A DNA stretch of 64,000 bases from an uncultured Candidatus Rokubacteria bacterium (GTDB lineage Bacteria > Methylomirabilota > Methylomirabilia > Rokubacteriales > CSP1-6): NCBI GenBank assembly GCA_963754315.1, contig CAVWFS010000018.1, positions 160,001 through 224,000 on the forward strand, written 5' to 3'. Below, piece after piece: positions 46,643 through 56,583 of the stretch (position 1 is its first letter; each line of letters opens with the position of its first letter). The notes under the pieces were generated by a model, which worked only from the letters and a program-made list of their open reading frames with translations, searched no databases and was not told the DNA's origin. Both the position numbers and the translations under genes were made by a program.

Positions 46643-47689
46643 CTATGCGCCCGGCCCACGCTCCATGGAGTAGGGCTGCCAGCGCCTGAGGCCCGACTTT
46701 TCCAGCACCGAGGGGTTCACGCAGCTGCGCGGCCACTTGCCGCTCAGCACGAGGGCGATCTCATGACCCACCCGGCGCAACCTCGCGGGATCGAACCGAG
46801 CCGACGCCGAGGCCACGTGGGCGGTGAGGATGACGTTTTCCATTCCCAGCAACGGGTTGGATGGGGCAGGGGGCTCCTGCTCGAGCACGTCGAGCCCGGC
46901 GCCGGCGATCCAGCCCTCCTGCAACGCTTTCACCAGCGCCCCTTCGTCGACCGTCGGACCGCGCCCCGTGTTGACGAAGAGTGCGGACGGTTTCATCAAC
47001 CGGAAGTGCTCCTCCCTCAGCATGTGCTGGGCTTCGGGTGTCGCTGGCGCGTGCATCGAGACGATGTCCGAGCGTTGCAGTAGCTCGGTCAGACCTACCG
47101 GCTCCACCCCGTACGGACTCATGACCAACTCCTCGACGAAGGGATCGTAGGCCAGCATGTGGACGCCGAAGGCACGGGCCCGCGTCGCCACCGCCCGCGC
47201 CACGTGACCGAAGGCGATGAGCCCTAGGGTCTGTCCCATCAAGCGGGGGATGGGCAAGAGCATCGGCCGCCCCTCTTTCCATCGACCCTCACGCACGAGC
47301 CGATCCTGGACGACCAGTCGGCGGAAGGTGGCCAAGATCAGCATCATGGCGTGATCGGCGACTTCCTCGATGAAGGTGTCTGGAACGTTGGTGACGGGGA
47401 TACCCCGCGCGGTCGCGGCGGCCACGTCCACCGAGTCGACCCCCACGCTGCCGAGCGAGATGACTTTGCAGCGCTCGAGTCCGTCGATCATGCGCTTGGT
47501 GATCCGCCGACCCTTCGCATAGAGCGCATCGGCGTCCTTGCTGACTTTGGCGAACTCCTCATCCGTGCCCGCCTGGATCTCGACGATCTCTGCGCCGAGC
47601 GGCCCGAGGGCTTCCATCTCCAGCGCGTACCCTGCACCCGGCACCCCGTAACTCACTCCGCCTGGTGTGACCACCTTGAACTTCGCCAC
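46643..47689 (-). CDS. D-isomer-specific 2-hydroxyacid dehydrogenase (CtBP-like)
   Basis: VGVDSVDV, NVPD..IEEVADHA, GLIAFGHVA, NTGRGP, LDVLEQEP, TAHVA. Confidence 0.9.
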   Translation of the reverse strand: MAKFKVVTPGGVSYGVPGAGYALEMEALGPLGAEIVEIQAGTDEEFAKVSKDADALYAKGRRITKRMIDGLERCKVISLGSVGVDSVDVAAATARGIPVTNVPDTFIEEVADHAMMLILATFRRLVVQDRLVREGRWKEGRPMLLPIPRLMGQTLGLIAFGHVARAVATRARAFGVHMLAYDPFVEELVMSPYGVEPVGLTELLQRSDIVSMHAPATPEAQHMLREEHFRLMKPSALFVNTGRGPTVDEGALVKALQEGWIAGAGLDVLEQEPPAPSNPLLGMENVILTAHVASASARFDPARLRRVGHEIALVLSGKWPRSCVNPSVLEKSGLRRWQPYSMERGPGA

Positions 47690-47702
47690 GCCCGTCCTCC
47701 TT

Positions 47703-47740
47703 GTCAGATGATCCGTGCCACGTCAGATGATCCGCGCCAC
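47703..47740. repeat. 19-bp tandem repeat x2 (1 mismatch)
   Basis: GTCAGATGATCCGTGCCAC / GTCAGATGATCCGCGCCAC. Confidence 0.85.
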
Positions 47741-47854
47741 CCTCCCAACCTCACCACGCCCGGCTCGAACGAGCCAGGCGGCTCCGGGACCATAATACTA
47801 GGGTTGCCCCTTCCCCGGCGGCCGGCGGTGATCGGGGTATACTCTCGGGCAATC

Positions 47855-48844
47855 ATGGACTATCGAACACTCGGACGGACGGGGCTGCGCGTCTCGGCAC
47901 TCGGTTTTGGCTGCGGGAACGTGGGCGGTCTGATTATTCGAGGTACGCCCGCGGAGCGCGAGCGGGCTGTCGCCCGCGCCGTGGAGCTCGGCATCAACTA
48001 CTTCGACACCGCGCCCGTGTACGGGGACGGGCAGTCGGAGCAGAACCTCGGGCAAGTCATGCGTGCGCTCAAGCCCGCCATCTACATCGGCACCAAGGTT
48101 CGCGTGCCGCCTGTCCCTCCAGCCGAGATTCCCGCCGCAATCACCCGCTCGCTCGACGAGAGCCTCCGTCGGCTCGGTCGCGAACGCGTTGACCTCCTGC
48201 AGCTGCACAGTCCCATTACCCTCGAGCGGAGCGGCCGCTCCGTGTCGGCCAAGGACGTCGCGGACGCGGCTGTGCCAGCGCTCGCCAAGCTCGTCGAGGG
48301 GGGCAAGATAGGGTTCTATGGCATCACTGCGCTCGGAGACACCGCGGCGCTGCTCGAGGTGATCGGGGCGGGGGTCGTGCATACTGCCCAGGTTTGCTAC
48401 AACCTTCTGAATCCGAGCGCTGGCCACGTGGTGCCGGGCGGCTTTCCTGGTCAGGACTTCGGCCGGCTCCTGACGCGATGTGGGGTGAGTCGCACCGGTG
48501 TCATCGTGATCCGTGTCATGGCGGCCGGAGCCCTCAGCGGGCTAGACAGCCGCCACCCCATCGCCGTACCCACTGTCGATCCGATTGCCTCGGGGCCCGA
48601 CTACGCCACCGACGTGCGGCGAGCTCGTCGTCTCGGTGCGCTCGTCGACGAAGGCCATGCGGGGAGCCTGGTAGAGGCGTCCCTGCGTTTCGCGCTTGCT
48701 GCCGAGGCTGTTTCCACCGTGCTGCTCGGCTACTCGAGTCTTGAACACCTTGAGTACGCGGCAGCCTCTGTGGCCAAGGGTCCACTGCCGGCGGCGGCGT
48801 TGGCGCGTCTGCCTGCCCTGTGGGGTCGTCTCGTCGACGCCTAG
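47855..48844 (+). CDS. Aldo/keto reductase
   Basis: YRTLGRTGLRVSALGFG, GINYFDTAPVYG, TK, SLRRLG..VDLLQLH, YNLL. Confidence 0.92.
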   Translation: MDYRTLGRTGLRVSALGFGCGNVGGLIIRGTPAERERAVARAVELGINYFDTAPVYGDGQSEQNLGQVMRALKPAIYIGTKVRVPPVPPAEIPAAITRSLDESLRRLGRERVDLLQLHSPITLERSGRSVSAKDVADAAVPALAKLVEGGKIGFYGITALGDTAALLEVIGAGVVHTAQVCYNLLNPSAGHVVPGGFPGQDFGRLLTRCGVSRTGVIVIRVMAAGALSGLDSRHPIAVPTVDPIASGPDYATDVRRARRLGALVDEGHAGSLVEASLRFALAAEAVSTVLLGYSSLEHLEYAAASVAKGPLPAAALARLPALWGRLVDA

Positions 48845-48884
48845 CCCCTTCTTGTCGCACGACCCGTCTCGAGGAGCCTGAAGG

Positions 48885-49775
48885 ATGTCCGTGCCGGTCG
48901 GTCTGAACGTGTGGTCCCGCCTGATGGAGGATACGTTTCCGTACCTCGACCAGACAGTCAGCCCGTTTGACTCGCTCTGGTTTCCCGACCACGTCCAGTA
49001 CAACGGCCACAAGGTGGCCGAAGGTTGGAGCCTGCTGGCTTACGCCCTGGCCCGGTATCCGGACAAGCTGTGCGGCCATGAGGTCCTGTGCAACAGCTTT
49101 CGCAATCCGGCCCTTCTGGCCAAGATGGTCGCCACCGCCCAGGCCCTCTCGGACGGGCGGGTGATCCTGGGAATTGGCGCCGGGTGGAACGAGGAAGAGT
49201 ATCGGGCCTACGGGTGGCCCTATCCATCGACCCGGGTCCGCATCGCGCAACTCGCGGAAGCGATCGAGCTAATCCGCGTGATGTGGACGGATACTCCGGC
49301 CACGTACCAGGGTGAGCACTATCAGGTGACGAACGCCTTCTGCGAGTCCCGACCCGACCCCATTCCGCCGATCATGGTGGGTGGCTCCGGCGAGAAGTAC
49401 TTGCTCCGGGTGGTGGCTCGCCACGCGGACTGGTGGAACTACAGCTATAAAGGACGTGCCGCTTACGCCCACAAGCAAGAGGTCCTCAAGCACCACTGCC
49501 GCGACGTCGGTCGAGACTATGACGAGATCCACCAGGTCATCAGAATCGGGATCCTGATGGCAGAAACCGCGCCCGAGCTCGAGCGATTGAAGGCCCAGCC
49601 GCACGTCCGGCCGATGGAGGAAGGGCGGCTCGTCGGCACTCCGGCTCAGATCACCGAAGCCCTACGCGAGGTCGTCGCGCAAGGGGCCCACCGCCTCACC
49701 GTGCACTTCGCCGACTCCCCGCGACCAGAGGGCACGTGGCTGTTCGCGGCCACGGTGCTGCCGCACCTAGAGTAG
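48885..49775 (+). CDS. LLM-class flavin/F420-dependent oxidoreductase
   Basis: FDSLWFPDH, FRNPALLAKM, GRVILGIGAGWNEEEY, PPIMVGG. Confidence 0.9.
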   Translation: MSVPVGLNVWSRLMEDTFPYLDQTVSPFDSLWFPDHVQYNGHKVAEGWSLLAYALARYPDKLCGHEVLCNSFRNPALLAKMVATAQALSDGRVILGIGAGWNEEEYRAYGWPYPSTRVRIAQLAEAIELIRVMWTDTPATYQGEHYQVTNAFCESRPDPIPPIMVGGSGEKYLLRVVARHADWWNYSYKGRAAYAHKQEVLKHHCRDVGRDYDEIHQVIRIGILMAETAPELERLKAQPHVRPMEEGRLVGTPAQITEALREVVAQGAHRLTVHFADSPRPEGTWLFAATVLPHLE

Positions 49776-49924
49776 AGAACCCTTATCCCCGGCGGGCCGA
49801 CCCCGGGGGGACCTCCGCAACCACCATCGTGGGCGGATCTTGCCGGCCTCACCGTTGTTACTTGAACGCTTGGTGGGGTTCGGGCAGAATCGCGGCGCCC
49901 GTAGGTCCGCGGGCTCCCAGGCCG

Positions 49925-50496
49925 ATGCCAACGCGCTCCACCAAGGTTCTCTTGACCGATGTCAGCGTGACGTTCGGGGGTCGCGGACAGTTGACCGCCG
50001 CGCTGGACCGGATCTCGCTGGAGGTTGGTGCCGGCGAGTTCCTGTGCATTGTAGGGCCAAGCGGAAGCGGGAAATCCACCCTGCTGCGGATCCTGGCCGG
50101 CTTGCTCCGTCAGGACTCGGGGCAGGTGACGATCGTTGCCGAACGGCCCGGGATGCCCCTCACGGCCATGGTTTTTCAGGAACACGCGCTCCTGCCGTGG
50201 CGCACCGTGCTCGACAACGTGACGTTCGGTCTCGAGAACCGTGGTGTGGGGCGCGCCGTGCGCGAGAGGCGCGCCCGCGAGATGTTGGACTTGGTGGGGC
50301 TCGGTCAGTTTGCGCGTCACTATCCGCACCAGCTCTCGGGCGGGATGAAGCAGCGCGTTGGTATCGCCCGCGCGCTTGCCATGGATCCCGAGGTGCTCCT
50401 GATGGACGAGCCCCTCGCCGCGCTCGACGCCCAGACACGGACGTTGATGCAAGAGGAACTTCTCCGGATCTGGGCTGCACTCAGAAAGACCGTCAT
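49925..50496 (+). pseudogene. NitT/TauT ABC ATPase truncated before the H-loop
   Basis: GPSGSGKST, LSGGMKQR, LLMDEP present. Homology stops at RKTV with no VTHxxxEA. Confidence 0.75.
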
Positions 50497-51072
50497 GTTG
50501 CGCTCGCGTTCACCCTGGCCGCGGTGCCCGGAGTCGTGACCGGGCTGCTCATGGGGATGATCCGGCCGGTCCGGGAGGCGTTCGAGCCTTACATCGCCTT
50601 CCTCTTTCCGGTCCCGAAGATCGCGCTTCTACCCTTCTTGCTGATCCTGCTAGGCGTGGGCGAGCTGGCCTTCGTGCTCACAGGCGCCCTCTCGGCTTTT
50701 TTCCAGATCACCATCAGCACCCTGGCCGGGGTGCAGACGATGGATCCGCGGCTGCTCGAGGTGGGCCGGAACTACGGGGCCCACGGCGCACGCCTCTTTG
50801 GCAAAGTGATCTTTCCCGCCGTGCTGCCCTCGATCCTGACCGGGCTTCGGCTGGGGCTCGGTCTGGCCCTGGTTGCCATCGTCGCCGTCGAGTTCATCGC
50901 CGCCAAGGCTGGGCTTGGTCACCTGGTCTACCGTCACTGGCAGATGCTGAGCACCACCGAGATGTATGCGGCATTCGCGCTCGTGGGCGCCCTCGGTCTG
51001 CTTCTCACGCGCGGTCTCGGTGCGCTCCAGCGGCGTCTGCTCGGCTGGCAAGCGACTATCGATATCCTCTAA
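50497..51072 (+). pseudogene. NitT/TauT ABC permease lacking its N-terminus
   Basis: ALAFTLAAVPGVVTGLLMG...PVPKIALLP, EAA-like loop, LPSILTGLRLG, AVEFI...GLG. No own start codon or RBS. Confidence 0.75.
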
Positions 51073-51088
51073 ACGAAGGAGAATTCGC

Positions 51089-52086
51089 ATGAAGGCATTT
51101 CGTCTGGTGATGCTCCTGAGCTTCTGGCCGTGGTTGCGGTGGGCGGGTTGGCGGCGCAGGCGCCTACCGTCAAGATCGGCTATATCCCGTCCGACTCCTT
51201 CGCGGTTCTCTACCTGCTGGCCGACCGCTATCTGACGCCAGCCGGGACGAACGTCCAGATGGTCCGCTTGCCGGGGGGAGCCGAGATCACGACGCAGGTG
51301 GCGACGGGACAGCTCCAGATGGGCGGTTCCGGGATGGGGGCGGCCGGGTTCAACGCGGTGGTGGCCAAGCTGCCCGTCGAGTTCGTGGCGCCGCTGCACA
51401 TGGGCTACGTCGAGGACTACTTCACGGTGCGCAAGGCAGCGTGGGGTTCGGAAGTGAAGCGGATCGCCGATCTCAAAGGCCGGCCGGTGGCCCTGAACAC
51501 CCGTGGCGCGGCGGTAGAGTGGATGCTCGACCAGGTGCTCCGCCGCGATGGCCTGACCATCAAGGACGTGCAGGTCAAGATCATGCCGTTCCCCGACATG
51601 GTGCCTGCCCTCGAGTCTGGCGCGGTGGAGGCGGCCATCCTCACCGAGCCGTTTCCCACGTTGGCGGAGGACAAAGGCGTCGCGGTGCGGCCGCTGCCCC
51701 GTCCCGCCGGAGCCAAGGCCACTCCGATCACGGCCGCCTTCTGGAATGCGGACTGGGCCAAGGCCAACCCCGACCTGGCCCAGCGGGTGATGGTCGGCTA
51801 CGTCCGGGCCGTGCGCGATCTGGCTGCTGACGGCGGCCGCGGCTGGACGGAGGATCGAAACGTCGACATCATCGTGAAGTACACGGGGGCCAAGCGCGAG
51901 GTCATCAAGAAGGCCCGGCCGCACGTGGTCGACCCGAATCTGGAGCTGGATCCGCGCGTGCTCGACAGCATGCAGAAGTTGAATGCGGACCTCGGCTACC
52001 TCAAGTACACGGACTTCCTGTCGGCGGACAGGATCTTCACCTTCACTTACCGCGACCGGGCCCTGCAGGAGCTCGGCCGTCGCTGA
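51089..52086 (+). CDS. NitT/TauT ABC substrate-binding protein (1-bp frameshift in signal peptide near 51124)
   Basis: GAAGGAG RBS + MKAFRLVMLLS, shifts into AVVAVGGLAAQAPTVKIGYIP...DLKGR...PFPDMVPALESGAVEAA..TEPF. Confidence 0.78.
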
Positions 52087-52165
52087 GACCCTGATCGGAC
52101 AGGGCTCTGCACGGAACGGTTCTGATCTGGTCGCCGTTCAGGTCTAATTATGATACTGTTTCTGT

Positions 52166-52420
52166 GTGAAAACGGTCTCGATAGACGAGCTCAAAAGAAA
52201 CCTCTCCGCGTTCATCGACGCGGCCGCGGCCGGGTCGCGGATCCTCATCACGAAGCATCGGCGGCCGGTGGCCTCGTTGTCTGCCGCCAACATGGAGCAT
52301 GTGCAGATCGGCGGGCGGTTTGGCCGCGGGGCCCTGAAACCCCTGTTCCGCTCGGCGACGCAGGGTGAGTATCTGGAGGTACTGACCAATGACCGTCGGC
52401 CCCGGGACGGGCAGCGTTGA
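52166..52420 (+). CDS. Phd/YefM-family antitoxin
   Basis: MKTVSIDELKRNLSAFIDAAAAGSRILITKHRRPVASL. Confidence 0.85.
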   Translation: MKTVSIDELKRNLSAFIDAAAAGSRILITKHRRPVASLSAANMEHVQIGGRFGRGALKPLFRSATQGEYLEVLTNDRRPRDGQR

Positions 52421-52426
52421 GCGACG

Positions 52427-52846
52427 ATGCCGGCCAAGCGATGCTACGTCGATACGTCAGCCTACTTGTGCCTGCTTCTCGGCGAGGCCGGATGGGCGCG
52501 GCTGGCCGAGGAGCTGAACGGCGCTCAGCTGCTCTCGAGCGTGCTGCTGGCTCTCGAGGCGGAACGGACCCTCGTGCACCTGTCCCGTGCGGGTCGGCTG
52601 ACTGCCACCGACCTGCAGAACGCGCTCGACCGACTGGGGGCCGATCTCGATCAGTTCGCTCTACGGGATCTCACACTCGATCTCTGCCAGGGGCGGGTCA
52701 TGCCTATCGTATCGACGCCCCGATCCCTCGACCTCGCCCACCTACGCACGGCGCTCTGGTTCCACCAGCGGCAAGGCTTGACCCGCTTCGTGAGCCTGGA
52801 CGCCCTGCAGAACCAGGCGGCCCGAGAACTGGGCCTTCCGGTCTGA
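52427..52846 (+). CDS. vapC: PIN-domain (VapC-like) toxin
   Basis: YVDTSA, SSVLLALEA, RSLDLAHL, FVSLD...AARELG. Directly downstream of the antitoxin. Confidence 0.85.
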   Translation: MPAKRCYVDTSAYLCLLLGEAGWARLAEELNGAQLLSSVLLALEAERTLVHLSRAGRLTATDLQNALDRLGADLDQFALRDLTLDLCQGRVMPIVSTPRSLDLAHLRTALWFHQRQGLTRFVSLDALQNQAARELGLPV

Positions 52847-52873
52847 TCAACCTTCACGGAGACTCCGGACTCG

Positions 52874-54223
52874 TCACTCCATGAAGAACCGTGGCGAGCC
52901 GAGAGGAAGGGGTTGCTCGCCGAGGAGGCTTGCCACCATCACCTCGCGCACCGCCTCCGGATCGAGCCTCTCGCGCTCCACCTGATCGCCGAGTTCGGCC
53001 AGAACACGGTCGACGTCCTGCATCACCTTCCACTGCTTGAAGAGATCGGGGCGCGTGATCCCCATGGCTTCGCCCACGATCTCTAGGAAGTTCACAATCC
53101 GGAAGGGCATGGTTGCCTCGTGAGCGCACAGCTCGCGGTGGCAGGCATGGTAGATGCCGACGAGCGAGTCCACCCTGGCCGCTTCGGCGGCGGCCAGCTC
53201 CCGCGCATGAAGGACCCGCTTGTACGCAGCCACCGGGGCCAGAGAGTTGCACATGTAGCCGACACGGGGCTGGGCGAGGTCGACCACCTCGAGTCCCGGG
53301 ATTGCGCCGAGAATCTTCAACACACCCTCGGTCACGCCGGGCACTCCTGGGTGCTCGTGCAAGGCCACCCGCTGCGGCACCGCGTGGATAAAATGTGGTC
53401 GCAAACGCTCAAGCCGATCGGCAATGTACGGCACGACATGCTCGAGGGCGAAGCCCGGATTGGTGGCCGGCATCACGATCTCGCCGAGCTGGATATTGCA
53501 CGTGGGGCACCAGGTCAGGACACGGGGGGCTCCGGTGCCGGCGAACCCCGCCACCGTGCTCCCACCCACCCGGCCGGCGGTAGCCGTGTCGCCGGCGCGG
53601 AACTGGAGAACGCCGCAGCAGTTGGCCGGACCGCCGAACACGGCATAACGTGTGCCCAGCCGGTCGAGCACCTCGAGGCAGAGCAGGGCGATGTGCGGGG
53701 TCTTCAGCACGTTGCAGCCGAGGTACATCACGACCTCGGGGGCGGGGCCCTCTTGCGCGCGAGCCGCTCGTGTCACGCGCCCCACCACTTCTGCGGGTAA
53801 CTGCAGTCGCGAGAGTACCTTCACACCGCGCGACATCGTGTGAAAGGCCTTCTGCCCGGTGGTCCTCCGCTCTTCATCGGACCGTCGCTCGTTGAGCCGC
53901 ACCCGGGCGAGGGCGAGCATGAAGCGAGGATTGATCCCATCGTCGCACGCCTGGCGGCACGCGCCGGAGCCGGTGCACGTCTCGGCCCAACGGGCCCCGG
54001 CGCTTGCTGGATCGCCGGCGCCGCGCAGCAGGTCGAGCACTTGGGTCACCACGGCTTGGGGATCGCGGCGGTCAACCTCGGCCGGACCGGCCGTGGGGCA
54101 GACCTCGACGCACCGTCCGCATCGCGAGCATTGCGCCACGATGTCGCGACCCCGCGTCTGGAGGCTGGCCACGAAGGCAGTCTCGCGCACGGTCGAAGCC
54201 ATCCGTTGCACGCTGTCATCCAT
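52874..54223 (-). CDS. Fe-S oxidoreductase with 4Fe-4S ferredoxin and cysteine-rich (CCG) domains (HdrD/GlcF-like)
   Basis: CSRCGRCVEVCP, CTGSGACRQAC, YLGC, NCCG, WCPTC, YHACH. Confidence 0.85.
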   Translation of the reverse strand: MDDSVQRMASTVRETAFVASLQTRGRDIVAQCSRCGRCVEVCPTAGPAEVDRRDPQAVVTQVLDLLRGAGDPASAGARWAETCTGSGACRQACDDGINPRFMLALARVRLNERRSDEERRTTGQKAFHTMSRGVKVLSRLQLPAEVVGRVTRAARAQEGPAPEVVMYLGCNVLKTPHIALLCLEVLDRLGTRYAVFGGPANCCGVLQFRAGDTATAGRVGGSTVAGFAGTGAPRVLTWCPTCNIQLGEIVMPATNPGFALEHVVPYIADRLERLRPHFIHAVPQRVALHEHPGVPGVTEGVLKILGAIPGLEVVDLAQPRVGYMCNSLAPVAAYKRVLHARELAAAEAARVDSLVGIYHACHRELCAHEATMPFRIVNFLEIVGEAMGITRPDLFKQWKVMQDVDRVLAELGDQVERERLDPEAVREVMVASLLGEQPLPLGSPRFFME

Positions 54224-54284
54224 AGCGTCTTATACTACGCCTGCCCTTCCTACGACCCTTACCGAAGGCAGCCTGACCATGACG

Positions 54285-55982
54285 TCAGGCTCGCTGGCGG
54301 CTCGTCGTGTCGCGACGGACGGCCGCGGCCGGAGTGGGGAACTCGTCCGGGTCGATGGGGATCTCGACGACGGCCGGCCGGCCAGAGCGTAGTGCCGAAC
54401 GAACGGCGTCCCCGACCTGGTCGGCGTGCTCGGCGTAGTATCCCTCAGCCCCGAAGAGGCGGGCGAAGTGGTCGTAACGCGGGTTGCCGATGTCACAGCC
54501 GATGTAGCGCCCACCATAAAAGTGCCGCTGATACGCCTTCTCCGATCCCCAGCAGTTGTTGTTCATGACCACCGTGACCACGTTAATGCCGTGTCGGACG
54601 GCCGTCTCCAGCTCCTGGGCGTTCATGAGGAAGCCCCCATCGCCGTGAATGGCCAGGACCGGGGCCGCCGGACAGCCGAGCTTGGCCCCCAGCGCGACCG
54701 GAAACGCGAAGCCGAGGCCGCCCAGGTCGAGAGGCGTGAGAAACGTGCGCGGTCGCGTGAAGTGCAACCGGTCGTAGCCATAGGCGGGAGCGGCGCCAGC
54801 GTCGAGGGCGACGATCGTCTCCGGCGGGAGCACACGACGCAGCTCCGCGTAGACACGCTGAGGCTTGAGGGGCTTGGTGTCGAGGCCGACCTCGGATGCC
54901 AGGCGGGCTTGGCGCTTGTCGCGGAGTGCCTCGGCTTCCTTTCGCCACGCCTGGCGATCCGGACCGGCTCCGTCGCCCCTGAGCGCCTGCGTGAGAGCCA
55001 GGCAGGCTTCTCGGGCGTCCGCCTCAATGCCGAGCGCCAGAGGGTAGTACCGACCGAGGTCGCGGCTGTCAATGTCGATCTGAACGAGCAATGTCTCCGG
55101 TCGAATGTACCGATCGTCAAAATGGGTGGTGAAGTGCGCCAGCCGCGAGCCGACCGCTATGAGCACGTCAGCCCGGCGGCAGGCCGCCGCGGCCTCGGGC
55201 GAGCCGGCCCGCCCAAGCGGTCCCACGTACAAGGGGTGCTCGTTGGGCACGGCATCGTTGCGGCCGTATGCCGTGATCATCGGGATCGAGTACTGCTCGC
55301 TCAGGCGGACAATCAGATCGCCGGCGCCGGCCCAGGTGACTCCTCCGCCCACCAGCAGCAGTGGGCGCTCCGCCCCGCGCAGGATACGGGCGGCCTCACG
55401 CACGGCCTCGGGGTGGGGAGGCTGCGGATGGGTCGGGCGATAGCGTCCGGGAGCCAGGATCGACGTCGCCGTCACGCCTTCGCTCAGGACATCTCGCGGG
55501 ATCTCCACGAGCACGGGCCCCCGGCGGCCGCTCATGGCCGCGCGCAGCGCCGCCCGTAGCTGCTCGGCAATACGCTCGGGCTTGGTGATCTGCACGGCGA
55601 GCTTGGTGACGGGACGGAACATGCTGATCAGATCGAAGTCCTGGAAGGCATCCTTCTGCGTGTGCTCGAGAGAGACGCCTCCCACGATGATCACCACCGG
55701 CGAATGGGCGACGTAGGCGGAGGCTACCCCCGTGAGAAGATTCGTGGCGCCCGGGCCGCTCGTGACCAGGCAGGCGCCCGGTGATCCGGTCACCCGCGCG
55801 AGCCCGTCGGCCATGAAGGCGGCCGCCTGTTCATGGCGAACGTTGATGTACTCCACGCTTCGATCGTCATAAAGCGTGTCGAGCACATCCAGGAAGGTGG
55901 AGCCCACGATGCCGAAGATGTAGCGCACTCCCTCGGCCTTCAAGAGCTCGACCACGGCTCGTCCGCCTGTCCACTCGGTCAT
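54285..55982 (-). CDS. Thiamine-diphosphate-dependent enzyme (acetolactate synthase/Xsc-like)
   Basis: VRHEQAAAFMADG, TSGPGATN, GDGGFLM...NNN TPP motif. Confidence 0.9.
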   Translation of the reverse strand: MTEWTGGRAVVELLKAEGVRYIFGIVGSTFLDVLDTLYDDRSVEYINVRHEQAAAFMADGLARVTGSPGACLVTSGPGATNLLTGVASAYVAHSPVVIIVGGVSLEHTQKDAFQDFDLISMFRPVTKLAVQITKPERIAEQLRAALRAAMSGRRGPVLVEIPRDVLSEGVTATSILAPGRYRPTHPQPPHPEAVREAARILRGAERPLLLVGGGVTWAGAGDLIVRLSEQYSIPMITAYGRNDAVPNEHPLYVGPLGRAGSPEAAAACRRADVLIAVGSRLAHFTTHFDDRYIRPETLLVQIDIDSRDLGRYYPLALGIEADAREACLALTQALRGDGAGPDRQAWRKEAEALRDKRQARLASEVGLDTKPLKPQRVYAELRRVLPPETIVALDAGAAPAYGYDRLHFTRPRTFLTPLDLGGLGFAFPVALGAKLGCPAAPVLAIHGDGGFLMNAQELETAVRHGINVVTVVMNNNCWGSEKAYQRHFYGGRYIGCDIGNPRYDHFARLFGAEGYYAEHADQVGDAVRSALRSGRPAVVEIPIDPDEFPTPAAAVRRDTTSRQRA

Positions 55983-56219
55983 ATATGATCCTCCCTGGGC
56001 GCCCGGGGCGATCATAGCGGACCCTGGTGGACGGCGAATGGGCAAATGACGGGGGTCAAGCAGGCGGTGCTCGGCCCCGCCGTAACTGACTTCTGCCCGT
56101 CAACTGTGCCCGGAGGCGGCTCAGGCATAATACGATCATCCAGCCGCCTTGGCAGTTGGCGTTCAGGGCTGGCGGTGGCCGTCTACGGGCAGGTGACGAT
56201 CCAAACGGGAGGGGAAAGC

Positions 56220-56558
56220 GTGAGCGCGCAGGCGTGTGTTCTCGAGTTCGGAATGGGGGTGGATGTACACGGCGGCGATTCGACGAAGGCCGCCCGCCGG
56301 GCCGTGTCGGACGCCATTCGGCACTCGAGCCTGCCGCTGTTCCAGCAGGTGCGAGCGCGTGGTGGCAAGATGCTCGTGGACGTGACGGTCGGCGTCCCCG
56401 ACCCGGCGTCGGTCGACGTGGAGGCAGTCCGGCGCGAGCTGCCTCACGGCGAGGTGAGCGTCCGCGCGGTACCCGGCGGTTTGCGAGTGCCGGGCGCCGA
56501 CGTGCTCATCGCCTGCGTCGGCATCACGGTCAGCGTCGAATATCCGGCCTCGTCATGA
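56220..56558 (+). CDS. Lin0512-family protein
   Basis: LEFGMGVDVHGGDSTKAARRAVSDAIRHSSL...VGVPDP..VD...LPHG...GGL. Confidence 0.85.
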   Translation: MSAQACVLEFGMGVDVHGGDSTKAARRAVSDAIRHSSLPLFQQVRARGGKMLVDVTVGVPDPASVDVEAVRRELPHGEVSVRAVPGGLRVPGADVLIACVGITVSVEYPASS

Positions 56559-56583
56559 GCGCAGCCAACAGAGGAGTGTAAGC

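Noticed and set aside
47351..47854. Long N-terminal extension of the aldo/keto reductase
   Set aside because: It overlaps the divergent dehydrogenase, and family homology begins at MDYRTLG (47855).
50650..51924. 424-aa minus-strand ORF
   Set aside because: Antisense shadow of the ABC permease and binding protein.
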